A DNA stretch of 64,000 bases from Candidatus Uhrbacteria bacterium. Lineage in GTDB: Bacteria > Patescibacteriota > Patescibacteriia > 2-12-FULL-60-25. The stretch is taken from assembly GCA_037137975.1 (NCBI GenBank), contig JBAXJG010000002.1:40524-104523 (forward strand). The letters run 5' to 3'. Each line of letters begins with the position of its first letter. Within the stretch, counting starts at the first letter, position 1. Shown here one piece after another: positions 1 to 8,373 of this stretch. The notes beneath the pieces are model-generated. The model had not been told where the DNA came from. It did no database searches and saw only the letters and a program-made list of their open reading frames with translations. The position numbers and the translations under genes were made by a program.

Positions 1-1
1 T

Positions 2-910
2 GAACCGATTGAGAACAAGATTCTCACGCGTTCTCTTGCGGCCGCACAAAAGAAGGTTGAAGGACATAACTTCGATATTCGTAAGCACTTGCTTGAGTAT
101 GATGATGTGCTCAACAAGCATCGTGGCGTGGTGTATAAGAAGCGCCGCGAAATTTTGAAAGCGGCTGGTCAGCGTACAGAAAATAATATTAGTCCGCTCG
201 AACCAATCGTTTTGGAGATGATTGAAGATGAGATTGAGCAAATTGTCTCGTTCCATACGAGTGCGGATGATATGAATGCGTGGGATTATGAAAAGATGGA
301 ATCGGCTTGTCGCGCGATCTTGCCCGCCGGTACGGATGTAAAGGGACCGATTGATGCGGTAGAAGCGAATGAGAGTCCAGTTTTGTTACGCACGGCTTTA
401 ATTGAAGCCATCATGAAGCTTGTTCGTGAGGCGTATGCGCAGTTTTCTGGAAATCTTGGAGATACGGGTATGCAAATGGAGGTAGAAAAAGTGGTTGTCA
501 TTCGTGCACTTGATGATCTTTGGATTAATCACCTTGAGGCTATTGATTATTTGCGTCATGGCGTTGGATTTCAGGGATATGGCCAGCGTGATCCGCTTGT
601 TGAGTATAAGCGTGAAGCCTATCGCTTGTTCCAGAATTTGCTCGCGATGTTAAATCAGCGCGTGAGTCAGATGATTCTCAAGGTGAATGTGACACGCGAA
701 AAAGCACCTGATGATCTGTTGAAAGACAATCCAATGGCGCAGGGTTTGATGATGACGGGTCCATCAAAAGAGATGGAAAAGGCGAGTAATACGACTGTTA
801 CTGGCGTTACGGGTCAGAGCGATGCCTCCTACAAAGATGTGGGCCGCAATGAGCCATGTCCATGTGGATCAGGAAAGAAATTCAAGAAGTGCCACGGAGC
901 GAATGCGTAG
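2..910 (+). CDS. secA: Preprotein translocase ATPase SecA, C-terminal part (5' end outside window)
   Basis: Frame is open from position 2. [36 protein letters not shown] matches the conserved SecA segment. The protein ends with the SecA zinc-finger tail [14 protein letters not shown]. Confidence 0.92.
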   Translation, partial: EPIENKILTRSLAAAQKKVEGHNFDIRKHLLEYDDVLNKHRGVVYKKRREILKAAGQRTENNISPLEPIVLEMIEDEIEQIVSFHTSADDMNAWDYEKMESACRAILPAGTDVKGPIDAVEANESPVLLRTALIEAIMKLVREAYAQFSGNLGDTGMQMEVEKVVVIRALDDLWINHLEAIDYLRHGVGFQGYGQRDPLVEYKREAYRLFQNLLAMLNQRVSQMILKVNVTREKAPDDLLKDNPMAQGLMMTGPSKEMEKASNTTVTGVTGQSDASYKDVGRNEPCPCGSGKKFKKCHGANA

Positions 911-912
911 GT

Positions 913-1335
913 ATGTCTGATGCCCTTCGTCCTAAGGTCGGTATCGGCGTCATGATTCTTAAGGACGGAAAGGTATTGCTGGGAAAACGAAAAAGTTCAC
1001 ATGGAGCTGGGGAGTATTCTTTTCCAGGTGGACATTTGGAATACATGGAATCGTTTGAGGAGTGCGCAAAACGTGAAACACGCGAAGAATGTGGCGTTGA
1101 GATCGAGAATGTTCGATTTCTTTTTCTGGGAAATCTCAAATCATATGCGCCAAAGCATTATGTGCAGATTTCGTTCGTAGCCGATTGGAAAAGCGGGGAG
1201 CCGCAAGTGCTTGAACCTGAAAAGATGGCGGATTGGGCTTGGTATCCTATCGACGAAATTCCGAAGCCGCATTTTACGATGATTCCAAACGTGATTGAAG
1301 CGTATAAAACAGGACGTAATTATTTTGACGCGTAG
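913..1335 (+). CDS. NUDIX hydrolase (MutT-like)
   Basis: Nudix box GGHLEYMESFEECAKRETREECGV (GX5EX7REUXEEXGU). The ATG at 913 lies just after the secA stop; the longer ORF from 856 overlaps secA. Confidence 0.8.
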   Translation: MSDALRPKVGIGVMILKDGKVLLGKRKSSHGAGEYSFPGGHLEYMESFEECAKRETREECGVEIENVRFLFLGNLKSYAPKHYVQISFVADWKSGEPQVLEPEKMADWAWYPIDEIPKPHFTMIPNVIEAYKTGRNYFDA

Positions 1336-1381
1336 GAAAAGTCTTGACACCGTGTTTGAAATATGGCACGCGGTGTAGAGT

Positions 1382-1906
1382 ATGAATATGAAACAAACAG
1401 CTGCCGATGCCTCGATTAACGATGTATTAGCCGAGGTCCGTGCTATTAACGGGCGAATCGATAATGAAATTTTAACCGAGGTCCGTGCTTTGAACGGACG
1501 GTTTGATCGTGTAGATGGCCGATTAGATGTTGTGGATAAACGTTTGGATGGTATTGATAGTCGTTTTGACGGTCTAGAGGGACGGTTTGATGGTTTGGAG
1601 AACCGTTTTGATGGTTTGGAGAACCGTTTTGATGTAGTAGACGTTCGTTTGAGTAGCTTGGAAAAAGTGACTGAATCTATTGTTGAGCGCGTGGATGATC
1701 TCGCGGAAGCTGTTCAGGGCCTTGCGACTCATGTGGATAAGACAATGGTGACAAAAGATGAATTTCATTCTGAAATGGATAAACTTGAGACGAGGGTTGT
1801 TTCAAAGGAATACTTAGACAGAAAACTGGATATTCATCATAGCGATTTGGTTTTACGCATGCAAAAGGAAGATAGAAAAACGTTAGAAATGGCAAAGACT
1901 CGGTAA
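1382..1906 (+). CDS. Coiled-coil protein with eight consecutive R-[F/L]-D heptads; function unknown
   Basis: 174-aa ORF. Residues 39-94 read GRFDRVD GRLDVVD KRLDGID SRFDGLE GRFDGLE NRFDGLE NRFDVVD VRLSSLE, giving a canonical a/d hydrophobic spacing. Confidence 0.6.
   Translation: MNMKQTAADASINDVLAEVRAINGRIDNEILTEVRALNGRFDRVDGRLDVVDKRLDGIDSRFDGLEGRFDGLENRFDGLENRFDVVDVRLSSLEKVTESIVERVDDLAEAVQGLATHVDKTMVTKDEFHSEMDKLETRVVSKEYLDRKLDIHHSDLVLRMQKEDRKTLEMAKTR
1496..1663 (+). repeat. In-frame 21-nt tandem repeat array encoding the heptads
   Basis: aaccgttttgatggtttggag at 1601-1621 is followed by aaccgttttgatg at 1622-1634. Flanking units are diverged copies. Confidence 0.9.
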
Positions 1907-1913
1907 TCGCTTC

Positions 1914-2393
1914 ATGAATATGAAACATGTCATTCTCACATTGGTTCTTATTCGGCGTGATAACCAGATCTTGCTTGGCCTAAAGAAGACGGGTTTTGGA
2001 ATGGGAAATTGGAATGGGCCCGGAGGAAAGGTTGAGGCGGGTGAGGGAATAGAGGCCGCAGCAAAACGCGAATGTCGAGAAGAATTTGGCGTGGATGTTG
2101 GTGATTTGAAGAAGATTGGTGTGGTTACGTGTGAGTATCGCGATGTGGATGAACCGAAAGATATGGAGGTTCACATTTTTGAAACAAGAGATTTTTATGG
2201 CGAACCGATTGAGACGTCTGAAATGCGCCCGCGATGGTTCCTTGTTTCAAAATATCCTTTTGAAAAAGCATGGCCAGATGATCAGTATTGGTTTCCATGG
2301 TATCTCGAAGGCAAGACGTTTCGTGGAAGATTCAGATTTTTTGGGTATAAAAAAATTGTTGAGCATGAGCTTGTAGAAGTATCTGATTTGTAG
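1914..2393 (+). CDS. NUDIX hydrolase (8-oxo-dGTPase/MutT-MTH1-like)
   Basis: Nudix box GGKVEAGEGIEAAAKRECREEFGV in a 159-aa ORF. Confidence 0.8.
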   Translation: MNMKHVILTLVLIRRDNQILLGLKKTGFGMGNWNGPGGKVEAGEGIEAAAKRECREEFGVDVGDLKKIGVVTCEYRDVDEPKDMEVHIFETRDFYGEPIETSEMRPRWFLVSKYPFEKAWPDDQYWFPWYLEGKTFRGRFRFFGYKKIVEHELVEVSDL

Positions 2394-2397
2394 AGAT

Positions 2398-3093
2398 ATG
2401 TCTCTTTCTTTTTCGATGTTCGATCGTGTTTCTGGAATCCGTTATGGAATGTCCGAACGATCGGATGGTTCTCTACGCCTCAATCAACCATGCACTGAAC
2501 AGAATCGACGTGCGTATCTTGAGCCGCTAGATATTCCGTTTGAATCACTTGTATCAGCGGATCTTGTGCATAAAACGCATATTCATGTAGCACAGGCCGT
2601 TGATACGAGTCATACGATACTTGCATGCGATGGATTTGTTACGGCTGAAACAGGGATCACATTAACGGTAACAGGGGCTGACTGTTTTCCTGTCTTTGTT
2701 GTTGATCCTGTGCGACGAGTGATTGGGATCGTGCATGCAGGATGGAAGGGGATTGCGGCTGGGATTGTTTCAAAACTCGTTCAAGAAATGGAAAAACTTG
2801 GTGCGACAAAAGAGAATTTGTTATTTGGAATAGGTCCCGGAATACGCGCCTGTCATTTTGAAGTCAAGGAAGATGTGAGTTCAGTGTTTCCGGATAAAGA
2901 ATCGATTCATAATTCGCATATTGATTTGCCAGCGAGTATCACAAGGCAGTTGGAAACTTTGGGGATTGCTCGTACGCAGATTGAGGATTGTGGATTGTGC
3001 ACTGCTTGTTTATCAGATCGATATTTTTCTTATCGACGTGATAAGCCTGAAATTATTGAGGCGATGATGGCCTATATTCGGTTGGATAAATAA
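2398..3093 (+). CDS. pgeF: YfiH/PgeF family (DUF152, laccase-domain) peptidoglycan editing factor
   Basis: Family-typical motifs TGADCFPVFVVDP and GIVHAGWKG, plus a C-terminal CTAC..RYFSYRRD. Confidence 0.8.
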   Translation: MSLSFSMFDRVSGIRYGMSERSDGSLRLNQPCTEQNRRAYLEPLDIPFESLVSADLVHKTHIHVAQAVDTSHTILACDGFVTAETGITLTVTGADCFPVFVVDPVRRVIGIVHAGWKGIAAGIVSKLVQEMEKLGATKENLLFGIGPGIRACHFEVKEDVSSVFPDKESIHNSHIDLPASITRQLETLGIARTQIEDCGLCTACLSDRYFSYRRDKPEIIEAMMAYIRLDK

Positions 3094-3095
3094 AA

Positions 3096-3123
3096 ACGGT
3101 CGTTGCGCGAGCGCGACGACCGT
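3096..3123 (-). terminator. GC-rich hairpin terminator between convergent pgeF and the 2H gene
   Basis: ACGGTCGT(T)GCG / CGC(G)ACGACCGT forms a stem of about 12 bp. On the minus strand TTTTTA follows it. Confidence 0.7.
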
Positions 3124-3126
3124 GTG

Positions 3127-3777
3127 TTAGATGAGGATCTCTTCGATCTTGCCCCACTCGCCCATGCGCGCGAGCACGACGCGCGAGGCCGAGCTGATGA
3201 GCGCTTCCTGCGTGGGCTTGAACTTCTTGAAGCCCTTCGTGTTCGCGGCCAGCGTGATGTGCGGGAGATAGTCCTCGCCCACGAGCGTGTGGCCGAACAC
3301 TCGCTTGTTCGTGCAGAGCTTGCGCTCGCGCTGCTGCCGCTTCTCAGACATCTCAGCGATGCGACGCTCGAGCGACGCTTCGTCTTCGGCGGAGGGGTCG
3401 ACCCAGGCGCTCAGCGCGAGGCTCATGCCGTGCGCGTCCATCAGGCGGCCATGCTTCTTGGTTCGGTCGATGTTCCAGAACAGATACTGTTCATTGTCCT
3501 GGTACGGCTTGATGTCGAGCATGTACAGGAGCAGCTCTCCGGCACGGTTTGAGACGAGGAACTCGTTCAGCTTCGCCACCAGCTTCTCTGCGACGCTGAC
3601 GGGCATCTGCTTGAAGTTCCGCGCTTGGTAGAGCGTGATGTGCACGCCCTCGGGCTTCACGCGATATTCTGCGTGACGCACGCCCTTGGTATCGGTAAGC
3701 TGTGCAGCCGCTTGTGTGGCGTACACATCGGGGAGAATGAGTACTCCGAGAAACCCACTGAGAACGCGTTTCGCCAT
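3127..3777 (-). CDS. Exported 2H-superfamily phosphoesterase (LigT / cyclic phosphodiesterase-like), GC-rich island gene
   Basis: Two H-x-T-x motifs (GVHITLYQ and LPHITLAAN) are about 125 aa apart. N-terminal signal-like MAKRVLSGFLGVLILPDVYATQAAA. AAGGAG sits 5 nt upstream of the ATG. GC is about 61% versus 43-48% in the flanks by hand count. Confidence 0.55.
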   Translation of the reverse strand: MAKRVLSGFLGVLILPDVYATQAAAQLTDTKGVRHAEYRVKPEGVHITLYQARNFKQMPVSVAEKLVAKLNEFLVSNRAGELLLYMLDIKPYQDNEQYLFWNIDRTKKHGRLMDAHGMSLALSAWVDPSAEDEASLERRIAEMSEKRQQRERKLCTNKRVFGHTLVGEDYLPHITLAANTKGFKKFKPTQEALISSASRVVLARMGEWGKIEEILI

Positions 3778-3826
3778 ACCATCTCCTTTGTACGGGTATG
3801 TAGAGGCTGGCTGTGCTTAACAAAAA

Positions 3827-3849
3827 GCGGCCGTTTTGTCAACGGCCGC
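3827..3849 (-). terminator. Rho-independent terminator of the methyltransferase gene
   Basis: GCGGCCGTT / AACGGCCGC 9-bp stem with a 5-nt loop. On the minus strand TTTTTG follows it, directly after the stop at 3854. Confidence 0.8.
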
Positions 3850-3853
3850 ATCT

Positions 3854-4648
3854 CTAGATTTTACGAGCTCTTAACCCAAGAAACATTGGGATTTCTGCTC
3901 TGGCTACGTTTTCTGCTTTTGCCTTTGGTCCAGAGTCACTGGTTTTGTTTGAAACCCATTCTTCGAGTGCATCTACGACGAATCCGTATTTTACGAGTTC
4001 GGTTATGTAGACTGAGAGCGGTCGGTGATAGGAATACGTTTTTTCTTCTGGCGCGGATCCTGGATGCATCACGATCGGCATCGCGTAGCTTGAAAGATAT
4101 TTGTCTACGCGACGGTACTGGAGTTTTCGCTCTTCATCCCAACCCCATCCACTTTGGCGTGGTTGACGATAAGCGGGGTGGTTCATTGTTATTACGAAAC
4201 TTCCACCGGTTTTTAAGACTCGCGCCGCATCAGCGAATACAGCTCCGAGTGGATCAATATTTTGGATGGCGAGATTGCAGACGATCCCATCAAACGAAGA
4301 TGGTTGATAGAGAATAGCAAAACCGATCGCATCTCCAACCTGGAAGCGTGTGTTGTTTGGTGCCCCTTTTTTTGCAGCCTGAATCAAGCTGGGTGATGCA
4401 TCGAATCCTTCAATGAGTCGGCTTGTTTCTTTTGCGAGGCGTACCGAAAATGCTCCTTGTCCACAGGCAAGGTCGAGGTAATGTCCGCCTTTTACAGGCT
4501 TCAAGAGACGTTCGGCGCCAGGAAATACGATATCTCGTTGGAAGTCGCCACCTTCTTTTCCCATGTAGTCTTGATACCATCCGGCGACGTTTTCCCAACC
4601 GCGTTTTTGCTGTATAGGTCTTGGCATGTGCGTATGGTACACTTTCAA
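3854..4648 (-). CDS. Class I SAM-dependent methyltransferase
   Basis: Motif I LDLACGQGAFS and post-I/II pattern VGDAIGF...FDGIVCNLAIQNI. The start may be the internal MPRPIQQ at 4627. Confidence 0.75.
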   Translation of the reverse strand: MKVYHTHMPRPIQQKRGWENVAGWYQDYMGKEGGDFQRDIVFPGAERLLKPVKGGHYLDLACGQGAFSVRLAKETSRLIEGFDASPSLIQAAKKGAPNNTRFQVGDAIGFAILYQPSSFDGIVCNLAIQNIDPLGAVFADAARVLKTGGSFVITMNHPAYRQPRQSGWGWDEERKLQYRRVDKYLSSYAMPIVMHPGSAPEEKTYSYHRPLSVYITELVKYGFVVDALEEWVSNKTSDSGPKAKAENVARAEIPMFLGLRARKI

Positions 4649-4665
4649 TCACAAACGCCAAATAT

Positions 4666-4926
4666 ATGAGTCTGATCCTTCGCATTCTTCTTGGAGCTGC
4701 TATTGTCGCGGGTGGTGTCGCTTTCGTTATCAAGACAAGCGATATTGAGGGTTTTCTTGGCCCTGTTCCTTTTGCGGAAAAGTATATGGGTGGTGGGGGA
4801 ACGCGATTATTTTATAAATTGCTTGGGATCGTGTTTTGTCTTCTTGGTTTTTTGGTGATGACGAATATGTGGACGGCTTTTTTGCAGGCCACGCTTGGTT
4901 CGATGCTTCCGAAATCGACCCCTTAG
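4666..4926 (+). CDS. Small membrane protein, unknown function
   Basis: Two hydrophobic segments (ILLGAAIVAGGVAFVI and LLGIVFCLLGFLVM). ATG 4666 avoids overlap with the divergent gene; the ORF is open from 4621. Confidence 0.45.
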   Translation: MSLILRILLGAAIVAGGVAFVIKTSDIEGFLGPVPFAEKYMGGGGTRLFYKLLGIVFCLLGFLVMTNMWTAFLQATLGSMLPKSTP

Positions 4927-4929
4927 GGT

Positions 4930-5523
4930 ATGCGCCATAGCGGCAATGATCTCATTAATCCGTTTAAAACCCTTGAGCGGGCTGGTCTTCAGGAAGGCGA
5001 TACGATGGCTGACTTAGGAGCTGGTGCTCTTGGGCATTTTGTGTTTCCTGCGGCACAAATGGTTGGTCCTGGTGGTCGTGTGTATGCAGTTGATATCGAC
5101 AAACATGCATTGAAAGCGATCGAGCGTGCAGCGAAGCATGAACAATATTGGAATATTACGCCTGTCTGGTCTGATATTGAGGTGCTACGAGCAGCGCGCG
5201 TTCCTGATGCGAGTTGCCAGCTTGTTGTTGTAGCAAATAATTTATATTTATCGCAAAATCGCGCTGGACTTGTTTCTGAAGCGATGAGACTTTGTGCGCC
5301 AGGAGGACGGATATTGATGATCGAGTGGCAAGCGTGTCGCACGGCTATCGGCCCAGCACCTGAACATCGCATGCCTACCCATGAGGCAAAACGATATTTC
5401 GCTGATCCAAATTTATCGCTCGTGAGTGAATTTGATGCAGGGGATTGTCATTATGCGCTCTTGTATCAGATGAAAGGCAGGCCGGATCGTTCTATTGAGG
5501 TGGTAAATCAAGCAACACACTGA
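4930..5523 (+). CDS. Class I SAM-dependent methyltransferase
   Basis: Motif I MADLGAGALGHF followed by RVYAVDI, and a later GGRILMIEW. Confidence 0.7.
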   Translation: MRHSGNDLINPFKTLERAGLQEGDTMADLGAGALGHFVFPAAQMVGPGGRVYAVDIDKHALKAIERAAKHEQYWNITPVWSDIEVLRAARVPDASCQLVVVANNLYLSQNRAGLVSEAMRLCAPGGRILMIEWQACRTAIGPAPEHRMPTHEAKRYFADPNLSLVSEFDAGDCHYALLYQMKGRPDRSIEVVNQATH

Positions 5524-5524
5524 C

Positions 5525-5986
5525 TTGCGAAGCGTGATCTTGAGTGCTACAAACGTTGCCAATATGTTTAACTGGATTATCCCTCTTCTACGCCCTGGTT
5601 TCTGGTTTGATATGAATGCACAGCCATTTATGCCTTGGCTCGATAAAGCGTTGCCGATCTTTTTGGCATTTGTCCTTGTGGTTGGTATTGGATGTTTCGT
5701 ATTTGCTCGCTTCGTGAAGGGATTCGATAAGGATAACGTTCGCTTGATTAAGCGTTTGGGTTCGCTCTCCATTTGGGCGAGTTTATCTGGTTTGTTGATG
5801 TACGCATTCGTCTGGGAGCGTGTTCCAGTGCTTTCGATGCGTGTCTTGTGGGTTGTATGGGTAATAGGATTTGGTTGGTGGAAATTGGTGATATTGAACG
5901 AGCATTTCCGCAAGTTGCCTGCTGAGAAGTTGAGAACCAAAGAACGTGAAGCGTACGAGAAGTGGTTGCCGAAACCAAAGAAATAA
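5525..5986 (+). CDS. Membrane protein, unknown function
   Basis: ORF with 3-4 hydrophobic helices and a lysine-rich tail. The start is uncertain: TTG 5525 or ATG 5564. Confidence 0.45.
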   Translation: MRSVILSATNVANMFNWIIPLLRPGFWFDMNAQPFMPWLDKALPIFLAFVLVVGIGCFVFARFVKGFDKDNVRLIKRLGSLSIWASLSGLLMYAFVWERVPVLSMRVLWVVWVIGFGWWKLVILNEHFRKLPAEKLRTKEREAYEKWLPKPKK

Positions 5987-5990
5987 TTGA

Positions 5991-6350
5991 ATGGACTATC
6001 GAAAAGCGGACGGAAAGATCGGAGAAGATCTTGCGGCCGCTTTTTTGATTGGAAAGGGATTTCGAGTGATTGATCGAAACTGGTTGCATCGATTAGGTGA
6101 GATTGACTTAATTGTCGAGCGAGATGGGGAGATCCGTTTTGTGGAGGTGAAATATCGAAATACGCTTGAGTATGGCCGACCAGAAGAGGCGATCACGGGT
6201 AAGAAGCTTCGACATTTGGAGCGGGCGATCATACTTTGGTTAGAGGGACAGCGAAAACAGCCCGCGCGCTACCAAGCTGATGCTGTTGCTATTACCGCAT
6301 TATCTGGACGTGAACCTGAGTACTATTGGATAGAAAATATTTTTGGATAA
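5991..6350 (+). CDS. yraN: YraN family (UPF0102) endonuclease-like protein
   Basis: GEDLAAAFLIGKGFRVIDRNW...GEIDLIVERDGEIRFVEVKYR carries the family hallmark D-x(n)-E-V-K. Length is 119 aa. Confidence 0.8.
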   Translation: MDYRKADGKIGEDLAAAFLIGKGFRVIDRNWLHRLGEIDLIVERDGEIRFVEVKYRNTLEYGRPEEAITGKKLRHLERAIILWLEGQRKQPARYQADAVAITALSGREPEYYWIENIFG

Positions 6351-6388
6351 TTGGCTAATTGGCTAATTGTAGCGAATATATGAGGTTA

Positions 6389-6415
6389 GGGGATTGACAA
6401 AATCCCATTTTTTTG
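6389..6415 (+). terminator. Rho-independent terminator after yraN
   Basis: GGGATT-GACAA-AATCCC hairpin followed by ATTTTTTTG. Confidence 0.6.
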
Positions 6416-6443
6416 ATACGAAAGGTACCTATCCCCTTATCCC

Positions 6444-7628
6444 ATGCCTATGGTCATCGCGATGATTGGTCAAAAAGGCCTACCGGCTCGTTCCGGTGGT
6501 ATCGAACGCCACGTTGAAACGTTGGCGTCCGGTTTGGCGAATCGTGGTCATCGCGTAATTGTATTTGGTCGTGCGTGGTATGTGGGTGATGGTGTGGGCG
6601 TGCCATCTGGGGTCGAGCAGGTGATTACTTCTGGTATTCGTACGAAGCATCTTGATGCTATTACCCATAGTTTTACTGCGCTTTGGGCGGCTCGTAAGTT
6701 CCATCCAGATGTTGTTCATATTCATGGAGCGGGTATCGCTTTGCTTTCACCGCTTGCTCGTTTGATGCATCCTCGCGCATCCTTGGTGGTTACGTTTCAC
6801 TGTATTGATCGCGTTTTATCGAAGTGGGGGAGTTTTGCTCGATTGAGTTTCCGTATCGGTGAATGGTTGGCGTGTCATGTTCCACATCGTACGATCGCCG
6901 CTTCGCAGACCTTAGCGGTATATTGTCAGGAAACCTATGGCGTTCAGACGAGCTATGTAACGCATCCGATCCCGATGCCAACGCAGCCAACGATTGATGA
7001 AGTTGATCAGAAGCTCAAGCCGCATGGATTGATTCGTGATAAGTACTTTTTGTTTCTTGGACGTCTTATCCCTGATAAAATGGCTCATTTGTTGATCCAA
7101 GCTTATGCAATGGCTCGTTTAGAGCGCCCTGAATTATTTGCAGATAAGCCTTTGGTTTTGGTTGGTGGGGCTGCATGGACAGACAAATATGCGAGCTGGA
7201 TGTGTGCGTTAGCCGCAAAAACGCCTGGCGTGATTGTGTTAGGCGAGCGCAGTGGGGAAGAACTAAAATCTTTGCAAGCCGGAGCTTTAAGTCATGTGTT
7301 TCCCACGGTTAGTGAGGGTTTATCGCTTGCTGTTGTTGAGGCGTGTCAGTTTGCTCGCCTTGTGGTGGCGACGGATATTCAACCAAACGTGGAAGCGACT
7401 GGCGGCCACATGATTTCTGTACGTCCACTTGATGTGCATAGCCTCGTGAACGGTCTTATCCAGGCGGCTGAATTATCACTTGAGGATCGAGCACGAATTG
7501 CTGTTGCTGCTCAGAAACATGTCATCAACTCTCATCATACAGACGATCGTTTGGATGACATTGAGCGGATCTATCGTGAGAGCTGTGGCAAGTCGGCGGA
7601 AATGGTGAGTCAGGTGTCCGTTGCTTAA
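6444..7628 (+). CDS. Glycosyltransferase family 4 (GT-B)
   Basis: N-terminal GQKGLPARSGGIERHV, and a C-terminal FPTVSEGLSLAVVEA (E-x7-E-like) motif. Confidence 0.85.
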   Translation: MPMVIAMIGQKGLPARSGGIERHVETLASGLANRGHRVIVFGRAWYVGDGVGVPSGVEQVITSGIRTKHLDAITHSFTALWAARKFHPDVVHIHGAGIALLSPLARLMHPRASLVVTFHCIDRVLSKWGSFARLSFRIGEWLACHVPHRTIAASQTLAVYCQETYGVQTSYVTHPIPMPTQPTIDEVDQKLKPHGLIRDKYFLFLGRLIPDKMAHLLIQAYAMARLERPELFADKPLVLVGGAAWTDKYASWMCALAAKTPGVIVLGERSGEELKSLQAGALSHVFPTVSEGLSLAVVEACQFARLVVATDIQPNVEATGGHMISVRPLDVHSLVNGLIQAAELSLEDRARIAVAAQKHVINSHHTDDRLDDIERIYRESCGKSAEMVSQVSVA

Positions 7629-7645
7629 ATAAAGATACAGTATAT

Positions 7646-7675
7646 AAAAGTGGCTAATGTTAGCCACTTTTATTG
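7646..7675 (+). terminator. Rho-independent terminator
   Basis: AAAAGTGGCTAA / TTAGCCACTTTT perfect inverted repeat followed by ATTG. Confidence 0.7.
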
Positions 7676-7779
7676 TGTATAACTTTTCTTCACAATTTGG
7701 TTCCTGTGTGCGTTGTGAGCTTGCGGAAATTTGCGTTTTCGGCTAAGGTTAGCGACACGTTTTTTTTGCGGAGCCGTGG

Positions 7780-8373
7780 GTGTACGACCGCATGAATCAT
7801 CCTGTTGACAGGTTTTACCTATATCGTATTCGAACTCAGCGTGACGCTGAGGCTTTTGGGCGCTTGTATGATCGATATGTCGCCCAAATATTTCGCTTTG
7901 TTTATTTAAAATTACCTTCGCGAGAGGTTGCTGAAGATGTTACCTCTGAAACATTTTTGAAATTTTGGCAGCATATAGTGGCGAATAACGATGTTCGTCA
8001 TATCCGCGCCTTGCTCTATACGACCGCGAAAAATCTTGTGGTGGATTATTATCGAAAACAGGATTCGGGCGTGTCTTTGGACGTTGTAACGTTTTCGGAC
8101 GATGGAACGTCTACTGTTGATGAGCGTCCTTTGTCAGACCGTAATCGCCAGCGAGACCTCATGGAGGCCAAGGCCGATCTCTCAATCATTCTTGAGAAAA
8201 TCAGCCGATTGAAGGAGGACTTTAAAGACGTCCTCACTCTACGCTTGGTAGACGGGCTCGGATTCGGCGATATTGCCCGCATCCTCGACAAGACTCCTGG
8301 GCATGTTCGTGTGATTTACCATCGCGCGATGAAAGCTCTGGAAGCGTTCGACTCTAAAAAACCCTCGTTATGA
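7780..8373 (+). CDS. ECF-type sigma-70 family RNA polymerase sigma factor
   Basis: Region 2 (FGRLYDRYVAQIFRFVYLKL...AEDVTSETFLKFW) and region 4 HTH (LRLVDGLGFGDIARILDKTPGHVRVIYHRAMKAL). Start is GTG 7780 or ATG 7792. Confidence 0.85.
   Translation: MYDRMNHPVDRFYLYRIRTQRDAEAFGRLYDRYVAQIFRFVYLKLPSREVAEDVTSETFLKFWQHIVANNDVRHIRALLYTTAKNLVVDYYRKQDSGVSLDVVTFSDDGTSTVDERPLSDRNRQRDLMEAKADLSIILEKISRLKEDFKDVLTLRLVDGLGFGDIARILDKTPGHVRVIYHRAMKALEAFDSKKPSL

Noticed and set aside
1336-1381. TTGACA hexamer at 1344-1349 as promoter of the heptad gene
   Set aside because: No acceptable -10 hexamer sits at 16-19 nt spacing. The ACACCG/CGGTGT inverted repeat there could equally be a weak terminator. Support is too weak to call.
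1496-1663. Possibility that the 21-nt tandem repeats are a CRISPR-like or noncoding array
   Set aside because: The units are contiguous with no spacers, are in frame, and encode a regular heptad coiled coil. No CRISPR array or cas gene was seen anywhere in the window.
3103-4317. Plus-strand ORFs 3103-3552, 3287-3631 and 3625-4317, and minus ORF 3491-3823
   Set aside because: They run antisense or out of frame relative to the GC-rich 2H gene and the methyltransferase gene. Their Arg/Leu/Ala-rich sequences are typical of high-GC shadow frames and carry no domain signatures.
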